Source of the DNA: an uncultured candidatus Porisulfidus sp.
GTDB lineage: Bacteria; Pseudomonadota; Gammaproteobacteria; Poriferisulfidales; Poriferisulfidaceae
NCBI GenBank assembly: GCA_965204575.1
Contig: OZ241993.1
Location: 1,376,001 to 1,440,000 of the forward strand
Length of the DNA: 64,000 nucleotides
Direction of reading: 5' to 3'
A program made the position numbers and the translations under genes. The notes beneath the pieces are model-generated. The model was not told the DNA's origin, did not search any database, and saw only the letters and a list, made by a program, of their open reading frames with translations. This document shows positions 56,325 to 64,000 of this stretch, piece after piece (position 1 is the stretch's first letter; every line of letters begins with the position of its first letter).

Positions 56325-56783
56325 TTACCCGCACCCGCCGGCGGTTACCGTCACTTCCCTCGCAGCCTGGAAAATTCCGTCAGGCGTATGCACCAGTGCG
56401 ATAACGCGCGAAGTCTCCCGCATCTTGACGCGCAGCGAGACGTAGGGTTCGGCCTGCCCCCGGATGTGGGAGACAGAGATCAATGGAACCGGGTTGGCTT
56501 CGATCAGGATGCTGATCTTCTCGGCACCGGGGAGTGGGGCGTAAACCTGGATCGGAACCTTGCCGCTGTCTTCGGCGATGTCTGGCACGTCCAGTTCAAT
56601 GTCGGGATGGTTTTGAATGCTCTGCCCGCCGGTGAGTTCGGCCAGCGCGTCTTCCAGGGTTTCCGCCGCGAATGATTTCGGGAGGCTGGAAAGAGCTGGC
56701 CGGGCGAAGGCCAGCACCGGCATGGCGGCGGCGGCCTGCAGCAACAGGCGGCGCGATTGCTGTGGAGGAATCGAGTATTTCAT
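56325..56783 (-). CDS. soxY: SoxY-family sulfur carrier protein
   Basis: Tat signal SRRLLL, PDIAED, NPVP, C-terminal GGCG swinging arm. Confidence 0.85.
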   Translation of the reverse strand: MKYSIPPQQSRRLLLQAAAAMPVLAFARPALSSLPKSFAAETLEDALAELTGGQSIQNHPDIELDVPDIAEDSGKVPIQVYAPLPGAEKISILIEANPVPLISVSHIRGQAEPYVSLRVKMRETSRVIALVHTPDGIFQAAREVTVTAGGCG

Positions 56784-56803
56784 AGATTAATTGTACGGCA
56801 GGT

Positions 56804-58240
56804 TCAGTAGAGCCCATTCGCCATGATCAGGATTTCCTTGCGGCGGTGATCGATTCGGGCCTGGTTTGCCGAATTTGCCTTGGTGTGTTTTTCTGCGATT
56901 TCCAGTTGGTTGGCAGCCTGCCGGAGCTGCCCCTTGCTGAGATAGTGATCGGCCAGTGCGATATGCGAGATAACCGGTTGATGAGTGGCATTGGCGGCTT
57001 CGGCGAGTAGGCGATAGGTCCGGGGGCTCTGGATTCCCCGGCGGACGCGTTTGCGAATCAGCTTCAGGGCCTGATCGGCCTGCCCGGCGGTCAGGTACGC
57101 CTGCGCCAGATAGAACTCCACTGCGGTATGCGCGGGGTATTCCTGATAGAGGGATTCAAGCATTTCAAGAGCCTGGTCCAGTCGGCCCAAATGCCTTTGC
57201 GACTCGGCTTCCGCCAGATTTAGCAAAAGGCGGAGTTCTGGCACGTCCGTCTCAGTGCTGCGCAAGAGTTCGAGGGCACGGGCATGGTCACCATGTTTTT
57301 GCCAGGCCACTGCAATGCCGTATTGCTCAGGTGCCTGCGGCTTATGGCCGGCATCAAGCTTGTCCCGGAACAGGTCCAGTCTTTCATGCGTAGGAGTCTG
57401 CATGGAAATCATGCGCTCGCGGATGAAGCGGAATTCCATCGTGTCCCGAATGTAGCTGCCTTGGTATTGCCGTGCCCGGTCCCGGGCTTCCACGATTCGG
57501 GAGGGGGTGGCCGGATGGGTGCTCAGGTACTCGAAGTCCTTTCCATAGTGATGGTCAGAGTGCTTGAGCAGAACCTCGAAAAAGTTCGCGACCCCGTTCG
57601 GGTCGATCCCGGCTTTCGCCAGGAACCGGCTTGCGAATCGGTCCGCTTCCTGCTCGTTGGCGCGGGAGTAGTTGAGGAAGCGCTGCGTTTCTGCAGCCTG
57701 GCTCAATACGGCTGCGGGCAGCAGCGCGGAACTCTGAGTGACTCCGGCCAAGATGACTCCGGCCATGGCGAGAAGACTGAAGTTCGAGTTGCTCATGTAG
57801 TCCTGCATTCGGGCCAGGTGGCGCTGTGTGACATGCGCCATTTCGTGTGCGATGACGCCCGCCAACTCACTTTCATTCCGTGCTTTCGTAATCAGGCCGG
57901 TATAGAAGGCCAGCAGTCCGCCGGGCATGGCGAAGGCATTGACTTGTCGGTTATGCACGATCAGCAGGTCGAATTCCTGCTCGATTCCGGCCCGATCCAG
58001 GATGCGGTCCGCGAGGGACCGGATGTAGGCGTTGGACTCTGGATCTTCGCTGACCGGCAGGTGGCCATACAGTTGAGTCTTAAGGAAACGCTTGATCCGG
58101 GCCTCCTCCGCCTGGGTCATGACCCGGTCAGCCGGCTCGCCGACACTGGGCAGTTCGGAATCATCGATGACGTCGGTGTGGGCGTGTGCGGCACCGGCAC
58201 TGAGCAAGACCAAGACCAGGCCCAAGACTGTGGTGCGCAT
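56804..58240 (-). CDS. bepA: M48 metalloprotease with TPRs (BepA/YfgC)
   Basis: NAFAMPGG, HEMAH, EQEAD, STHP; signal peptide from MRTTVLG; start uncertain. Confidence 0.88.
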   Translation of the reverse strand: MRTTVLGLVLVLLSAGAAHAHTDVIDDSELPSVGEPADRVMTQAEEARIKRFLKTQLYGHLPVSEDPESNAYIRSLADRILDRAGIEQEFDLLIVHNRQVNAFAMPGGLLAFYTGLITKARNESELAGVIAHEMAHVTQRHLARMQDYMSNSNFSLLAMAGVILAGVTQSSALLPAAVLSQAAETQRFLNYSRANEQEADRFASRFLAKAGIDPNGVANFFEVLLKHSDHHYGKDFEYLSTHPATPSRIVEARDRARQYQGSYIRDTMEFRFIRERMISMQTPTHERLDLFRDKLDAGHKPQAPEQYGIAVAWQKHGDHARALELLRSTETDVPELRLLLNLAEAESQRHLGRLDQALEMLESLYQEYPAHTAVEFYLAQAYLTAGQADQALKLIRKRVRRGIQSPRTYRLLAEAANATHQPVISHIALADHYLSKGQLRQAANQLEIAEKHTKANSANQARIDHRRKEILIMANGLY

Positions 58241-58478
58241 GGAACAAAGACTCAAGATTGGGAAGATGGCCATGGGGTAGGGATGTGAAGATCGGTTTTC
58301 GCGTTCGCCGAAAGTGCCCAAGCGCGGCCCTGCCGCGTCATATGGGCAAGACAAAGGACCTTGAGTCGAAGTTTCCGGTCTGACGCCCGCATGCCGCAGG
58401 CCAAGGCCGCGCATGAAACCACCATGCAATCATTGTACGCCTATAATGACGATACGATTATGATAGGAGCTTACGCAC

Positions 58479-58709
58479 ATGGCGGATTTTGACCAGGAGC
58501 TGGATGCCTCCGGGCTTAATTGCCCCCTTCCCATCCTGCGCGCGAAGAAATCTCTGGCCTCTATGGAGAGCGGGCAGGTCTTGCGCGTGGTTGCGACCGA
58601 TCCCGGCGCAGTCAAGGATTTCGAGGCATTTTCGAAACAGACCGGGAACCCATTGCTGGAATCTTCCGAAGAGGGCGGGAAGTTTTATTTCCGGCTGCAG
58701 AAAGCCTGA
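58479..58709 (+). CDS. tusA: TusA-family sulfur carrier
   Basis: LDASGLNCPLP, ATDPG; AGGAG RBS. Confidence 0.92.
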   Translation: MADFDQELDASGLNCPLPILRAKKSLASMESGQVLRVVATDPGAVKDFEAFSKQTGNPLLESSEEGGKFYFRLQKA

Positions 58710-58870
58710 CCTTTACCCGGCAGGGGTTGCTTCCTGCCCAGACGATTGTTTGCCAAAACACCCGAGCGGCATGATGTCGCCCGGTTCGTCATTAGCATGC
58801 TGGTTTTGTGATATTTTCAATCAACAATATTTTTGCAACAACAGGCTGGATTTCCGGCTATAATCCCTAC

Positions 58871-59053
58871 TACCGCAAGGCTTAGCTTGGGGTGTTAACC
58901 TGCTGATTATGCAGGGAAACTTTCTTGTCGGATGCTTCCGGATCAGTCGGCTTACAACGCCTTCGTACGAATGCCGAGCCGCAAGGATGTTGTTTTTCAG
59001 CAATACTTCGGCCCACAACGAATGAGCCGGCACCTTTGGTGACCGGCTTTTTT
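58871..59053 (+). ncRNA. Candidate structured small RNA or leader with intrinsic terminator
   Basis: TATAAT at 58859-58864, several hairpins, no credible ORF, ends in terminator. Confidence 0.5.
59025..59053 (+). terminator. Rho-independent terminator
   Basis: AGCCGG-CACC-ttt-GGTG-A-CCGGCT followed by a T-run. Confidence 0.8.
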
Positions 59054-59086
59054 ATACCTTCTGTCTCAGGAGCGAGGGTAGAAATC

Positions 59087-60075
59087 ATGGGACCGACCAA
59101 ACACTCCAACGCAGGAATTTCGCTTTTTATCGCCATGGTCCTGTGTGGCACGGCGGTGGCGGAAATCGAAGAAATTACAGTTACGCACAGAAGCGCGAGG
59201 AGAACGTCCAGAACGTGCCAATCTCCGTCTCGACTTTCTCCGACGATTTCTTCACCAGATCCAATGTGAATACGCTCCGGGACATGGCGCGTTACGCGCC
59301 TAACCTGACTCTGCCTCAATCCAGCACGATTGCGAATCAACGAATTATCATGCGGGGCGTCGGTTCGGTTGGTAACAGCGCCATTGAGCCGACTGTGGCA
59401 GTGTTCATTGATGGTGTTTACTATCCGCGGCCTTCCTCGATTGTCGGCAGCATGACTGATCTGGAACGCGCGGAGGTGCTGTGCGGTCCACAAGGCACCC
59501 TGTTCGGGCGCAACGCTTCGATGGGTGCACTGAACATCGTGACCAAGAACCCAACGGACGAGCACGAAGGAAGAATTTCCTTCGGCTATGGCGATTACGA
59601 TGAAAAGCGTGTTTCCGGTTATATCAACAGCGCCATTTCGGAAATGGCGGCCGCCCGTCTCTCGTTCCAAGTGTCAAAGCGCGACGGCTATGGCGAGAAC
59701 ACCTACACCGAGGATGGCAGCCGAAGCTCGGTGGGCGACTGGGAGGACATGACCGTCCGCGGCAAGCTGCTCCTGACCCCGAGTGCCACCACCGATGTCC
59801 TGCTGACGGCGGACTACTCCCGGGTAAGGAACGAGGGCGCGGTCACTGAGCTCATCGGCGACACGGTGCCGGGTCAAACCCTCTACGGGCTCGCCCACCT
59901 TTTGCCCACCGGCGAGTTGCCGGAGGCTGGGGACGTCTACGACCACAGGCTCAATCAAATGCACCGGGATGATGCCGACGATGAACAATGGGGCTTGAGC
60001 GGGGACGTCACCTGGACAGCGAACAGGATGGCAGCCATGAACAGGTTGGCGGCAACGCCGCTGCCGGCCATGTAG
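59087..60075 (+). pseudogene. TonB-dependent receptor pseudogene (frameshifted and truncated)
   Basis: Signal peptide and IEEITVT in one frame, AQKREENVQNVPISV...GPQGTLFGRN in another (1-nt loss near 59185); barrel stops near 60015. Confidence 0.85.
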
Positions 60076-60122
60076 GCGACCGGCCCGCTTGGTTCCGCCG
60101 AATGACCGTTGTCCGGACTCAT
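60015..60122 (-). pseudogene. 5' remnant of an AcrB/RND permease gene
   Basis: MSPDNGHSAEPSGPVAYMAGSGVAANLFMAAILFA resembles the VAANL(L)M first helix of RND permeases, then runs into antisense TBDR sequence. Confidence 0.55.
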
Positions 60123-60344
60123 TTTCTTGGGAATGCGCCCTGAGGTTCGGGTGCCAGGATCATGACGCGCTGATTGCTCCTGGTCGAAGCTAGAACCTGC
60201 ATGGTGTTCGGATTCTGGCATTGTGGGCACAAATCGGGGCCAAAATCCGCATTTCTTCGCATTTCAATTTGAAAAATAACGGCTTTTGACGCACAATAGC
60301 GCGCGAGAGCATGGCATGCCCTCTGTGAGGCTTTTAACCTACGC

Positions 60345-62072
60345 ATGGACAATCTGAAGCAAAGCTCGAATCCCGAGACTGAAGAGCTGACCGGCGCGGA
60401 AATCTTCACCCGTTGCCTGGTCGAAGAGGGGGCCACCACCGTGTTCGGCTACCCCGGCGGTGCCGTGCTGCATATCTACGACGAATTGCACAAGCAGCAG
60501 GAAGTAGACCACATCCTGGTGCGCCATGAGCAGGGCGCGGCACATGCAGCCGAGGGTTTTGCCAAATCGACCGGAAAAGTCGGGGTGGTGCTGGTGACCT
60601 CCGGTCCGGGCGCGACCAATGCCGTGACCGGCATCGCCGACGCCTACATGGATTCGGTGCCGCTGGTGGTGTTTACCGGCCAGGTGCGCACCGCGCTGAT
60701 CGGCAATGACGCGTTTCAGGAAGTGGATACGGTCGGCATCACGCGGCCCTGCGTAAAACACAACATCCTGGTGAAGAAGGTGGAAGACCTTCCGCTTGCG
60801 ATCAAACGGGCATTCCATATCGCCGGAACCGGGCGGCCGGGGCCGGTCGTGGTGGACATTCCGAAGGACGTGACGGAGCAGAGCATGGTTTTTTCCTACC
60901 CGCAGGATCCGAACATGCGCTCCTACCAGCCGACCATGGAAGGGCATGCCGGGCAGATCAAGCGGGCGGTCAAGTTGATCGCAAAGGCCGAGCGCCCGAT
61001 CATCTACAGTGGTGGCGGGGTGATTGCCAGCAATGCCCATGAGGAGTTGACCGAATTCACGCGGCTGACCGGGTTCCCCATTACCAACACGCTGATGGGC
61101 CTCGGCGCCTATCCGGGCACCGACCCGCAGTTTATCCAGATGCTGGGCATGCACGGCTCCTACGAAGCGAACATGGCGATGCACCACAGCGATGTCCTGA
61201 TCGCCGTTGGGGCTCGTTTCGACGACCGCATCACCGGGCGGCTGGACGGTTTTTGCCCTTACGCCAAGGTGATTCACATCGATGTCGACCCGTCGTCCAT
61301 CTCGAAGAATTTCCGGGCGCACGTGCCGGTGGTGGGGGATGCCCGAAAGGTACTGCGCGCGCTGACCGACGAATTGCGCGACGGCAAGTACACGGTGCCT
61401 GACGTCTCTGCGTGGTGGGGGCAGATCGGCGAGTGGGCGAAAAAGGACTCCTTTGCGTACCAGCAGGACATGGACGGCGAGATCAAGCCGCAGTACGTGC
61501 TGGATCAACTGTACAAACAGACGGGCGGGGATGCTTTCGTGACCTCCGACGTGGGGCAGCACCAGATGTGGGTGGCGCAACTGTACAAGTTCACCCAGCC
61601 GCGGCGTTGGATCAATTCCGGTGGGCTCGGCACCATGGGGTTCGGGCTGCCGGCGGCAATGGGCGTGCAACTGGCCCATCCCGATGCACAGGTATGCTGC
61701 GTGACCGGGGAGGCGAGCATCCAGATGTGCATCCAGGAGCTGTCGACCTGCCGGCAATACGGGCTGCCGATCAAGATCATCAACCTGAACAACCGGTATA
61801 TGGGGATGGTTCGCCAGTGGCAAGACTTCTTCTATGATTCCCGTTACGCCATGTCGTACATGGATGCCTTGCCGGATTTCGTGAAACTGGCGGAGAGTTA
61901 CGGGCACGTCGGCATGAAGATCGAGAAGCCGAAGGACGTGGAGCCGGCTCTGCGCGAGATCCTGAGCCTCAAGGATCGGCTGGTTTTCGCGGATTTCATT
62001 ACCGACCCGCGCGAAAACGTGTTTCCGATGATTGCCCCGGGCGCGGCGCATAACGAAATGATCCTGTCCTGA
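60345..62072 (+). CDS. ilvI: Acetolactate synthase large subunit
   Basis: FGYPGGA, RHEQGA, GARFDDR, DVGQHQMW, MVRQWQ. Confidence 0.95.
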   Translation: MDNLKQSSNPETEELTGAEIFTRCLVEEGATTVFGYPGGAVLHIYDELHKQQEVDHILVRHEQGAAHAAEGFAKSTGKVGVVLVTSGPGATNAVTGIADAYMDSVPLVVFTGQVRTALIGNDAFQEVDTVGITRPCVKHNILVKKVEDLPLAIKRAFHIAGTGRPGPVVVDIPKDVTEQSMVFSYPQDPNMRSYQPTMEGHAGQIKRAVKLIAKAERPIIYSGGGVIASNAHEELTEFTRLTGFPITNTLMGLGAYPGTDPQFIQMLGMHGSYEANMAMHHSDVLIAVGARFDDRITGRLDGFCPYAKVIHIDVDPSSISKNFRAHVPVVGDARKVLRALTDELRDGKYTVPDVSAWWGQIGEWAKKDSFAYQQDMDGEIKPQYVLDQLYKQTGGDAFVTSDVGQHQMWVAQLYKFTQPRRWINSGGLGTMGFGLPAAMGVQLAHPDAQVCCVTGEASIQMCIQELSTCRQYGLPIKIINLNNRYMGMVRQWQDFFYDSRYAMSYMDALPDFVKLAESYGHVGMKIEKPKDVEPALREILSLKDRLVFADFITDPRENVFPMIAPGAAHNEMILS

Positions 62073-62073
62073 C

Positions 62074-62577
62074 ATGCGGCGGATCCTGGCCGTTCTTCTG
62101 GAAAACGAAGCGGGCTCGCTGTCGCGGGTCGCGAACCTGTTCTCGGCACGCGGCATCAACATCGAATCGCTGGCCGTGACGCCGACACCGGACGAAACCC
62201 TGTCCCGCATGACGCTTGTGACTTTCGGCGACGACCGGGTGCTGGAGCAGATCACCAAGCAGTTGCACAAGCTGGTCGATGTGGTGACGGTGGTGGATAT
62301 GACCGGACAGAACCATGTCGAGCGCGAGATGGCGTTGATCAAGTTGCGATTGCGCGACGAGGGCTGCGTGGATGACCTGCAACGCGTCAACAAGGTCTAC
62401 CGCGGGCGCATTGCCGACGTGAGCGCCCTGTGCTACACCAGCGAAGTGGTCGGCACCAGCGAGGAGATCGACGCCTATCTGGCTGCGATGTCGGAACACG
62501 AAGTGGTGGAAGTGGTCCGCTCCGGGCCGCTTGGCATTGCGCGTGGCGAACAAGTGCTCTCCATTCGGCAGAACTAA
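62074..62577 (+). CDS. ilvH: Acetolactate synthase small subunit
   Basis: [11 protein letters not shown]...NIESL ACT domain, EVVRSG. Confidence 0.95.
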   Translation: MRRILAVLLENEAGSLSRVANLFSARGINIESLAVTPTPDETLSRMTLVTFGDDRVLEQITKQLHKLVDVVTVVDMTGQNHVEREMALIKLRLRDEGCVDDLQRVNKVYRGRIADVSALCYTSEVVGTSEEIDAYLAAMSEHEVVEVVRSGPLGIARGEQVLSIRQN

Positions 62578-62617
62578 TTACAACCGCCGGGGTATCGCGC
62601 CGGCAAGGAAGCTGACT

Positions 62618-63634
62618 ATGAAGGTTTTTTACGACAAGGATGCGGATCTGTCCATCGTGCAGGGATGCACGGTGGCGATCATCGGCTATGGCTCCCAGGG
62701 ACATGCCCACGCCAACAATCTCAAGGACTCCGGGGTCTCGGTCGTGGTCGGGCTTCGGGCCGGTTCTGCCTCCGGGGCGAAAGCGCGCGAAGCCGGGATC
62801 AAGGTCGCCGGAATCGGAGAGGCGACGGCGGCGGCCGACATCGTGATGGTGCTGGCGCCGGATGAGCATCAGGGCGCGCTTTACGCGGAGCAGATCGAAC
62901 CCAATCTCCGCCAGGGCGCCACGCTGGCGTTCGCGCACGGGTTCAACATTCACTTCGAACAAATCCGCCCGCGCGAGGACCTGGATGTGATCATGATCGC
63001 CCCGAAGGGCCCCGGGCACCTGGTGCGCTCCACCTACAGGCAGGGTGGGGGAGTCCCGACCTTGATCGCGGTCTTCCAAGACGCCAGCGGCAAGGCCCGG
63101 GAGACGGCGTTGTCCTATGCCAGCGCCAATGGCGGGGGACGGGCCGGGATCATCGAGACCACGTTCCGCGACGAGACCGAGACCGACCTGTTCGGCGAGC
63201 AGGCCGTGTTGTGCGGCGGCGTGACGGCGCTGATCGAGGCGGGATTCGAAACCCTGATAGAAGCGGGCTACGAACCGGAGATGGCATATTTTGAGTGCCT
63301 GCACGAGCTCAAGCTGATCGTCGATCTGATCTACGAAGGCGGCATCTCCAACATGAACTACTCGGTGTCCAACACGGCCGAATACGGTGGCCTGACTCGC
63401 GGACCAAGAGTGGTCGGGGATCAGGCGCGCGAGGCGATGAAGAAAATCCTGGCGGATGTCCAGAGTGGAGAATTTGCCCGGGAATGGGTGAAGGAAAATG
63501 CGTCCGGGGCAGAGCATCTCCGTCAGTTGCGTGAAGCCAGTCAGGGCCAATCCATCGAAAAGGTCGGAGCGCAATTGCGGGATATGATGCCTTGGATCCG
63601 CGAGCAGCGCCTGGTGGACCGCAGCCGCAACTAG
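62618..63634 (+). CDS. ilvC: Ketol-acid reductoisomerase
   Basis: [34 protein letters not shown]. Confidence 0.97.
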   Translation: MKVFYDKDADLSIVQGCTVAIIGYGSQGHAHANNLKDSGVSVVVGLRAGSASGAKAREAGIKVAGIGEATAAADIVMVLAPDEHQGALYAEQIEPNLRQGATLAFAHGFNIHFEQIRPREDLDVIMIAPKGPGHLVRSTYRQGGGVPTLIAVFQDASGKARETALSYASANGGGRAGIIETTFRDETETDLFGEQAVLCGGVTALIEAGFETLIEAGYEPEMAYFECLHELKLIVDLIYEGGISNMNYSVSNTAEYGGLTRGPRVVGDQAREAMKKILADVQSGEFAREWVKENASGAEHLRQLREASQGQSIEKVGAQLRDMMPWIREQRLVDRSRN

Positions 63635-63715
63635 GCACGGGTGCGTCGTGTTAGAATTGGAATACTTGGGCAGTGTGCCCGGTGACCAATACTCTGGCAA
63701 CTCTGGAGGAAAAAG

Positions 63716-63796
63716 ATGATAGGCAACCTCGTGTCGATGGTCGTGTTTTGGGCGATATACGCATTGCTCGCGTGGTGCATCGTCAACTTCGTCTAA
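63716..63796 (+). CDS. Small hydrophobic protein (26 aa)
   Basis: GGAGG RBS with correct spacing; MIGNLVSMVVFWAIYALLAWCIVNFV; below the ORF-track cutoff. Confidence 0.5.
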   Translation: MIGNLVSMVVFWAIYALLAWCIVNFV

Positions 63797-63863
63797 GCCA
63801 AAGCCGAATACTCGTGTCGCGGCGGTTCCACGCCGCGACGTCACTTCTTAAAAACTCCGTCCC

Positions 63864-64000
63864 GTGAAGGGCCCCCGCCGTTATCGCCGCAGCATTTACC
63901 TGCTGCCGAGCCTGTTGACCACGGTGGCGATGTTCGCCGGATTCTCGGCGGTGATCTTTGCCTTCGATCAGCGTTTTGAGTCCGCCGCGTTGGCTATCTT
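63864..64000 (+). CDS. pssA: CDP-diacylglycerol--serine O-phosphatidyltransferase, 5' part
   Basis: RRSIYLLPSLLTT.AMFAGF N-terminus; ilvC-pssA synteny; runs off the window end. Confidence 0.8.
   Translation, partial: MKGPRRYRRSIYLLPSLLTTVAMFAGFSAVIFAFDQRFESAALAI

Noticed and set aside
60123-60344. Possible ilv attenuator or leader peptide
   Set aside because: No I/L/V-rich short ORF with a terminator found

Overview
High-GC (about 60-65% by eye) chromosomal window of a gammaproteobacterium, mostly compact housekeeping operons: tRNA-Thr/Tyr/Gly/Thr-tuf-tRNA-Trp-secE-nusG-rplKAJL-rpoBC; moaA/moaB; nhaA; leuS-lptE; serS; aspS-nudB-yebC-ruvCAB-ybgC-tolQRAB-pal-cpoB-queE-queC; ilvIHC and the start of pssA. 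There are seven tRNAs in total. Accessory material includes two intact RelE/HigBA-type toxin-antitoxin pairs, two orphan antitoxins, an AT-richer type II-like restriction-modification pair, an H4MPT/methylofuran biosynthesis cluster (orf17/orf1/orf9/pabB-like), and two tandem paralogous TonB-dependent receptors with very variable loops behind a G15 tract. The best candidate for an undescribed system is a two-gene operon directly after tRNA-Lys: a cytoplasmic Mo/W-bisPGD oxidoreductase plus an FNR-type NAD(P)H reductase with a C-terminal Fe-S ferredoxin domain. It is surrounded by sulfur-handling genes (YeeE/YedE, an orphan SoxY, TusA) in a genome that also carries C1-cofactor genes. Also noted: a candidate ~180-nt structured sRNA, a deletion scar fusing a TBDR pseudogene to an RND-permease remnant, an expanded RpoB insert, and a 26-aa unannotated membrane peptide. 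No CRISPR array, rRNA, transposase or integrase was seen. All calls are from motif recognition by eye; no searches were run.
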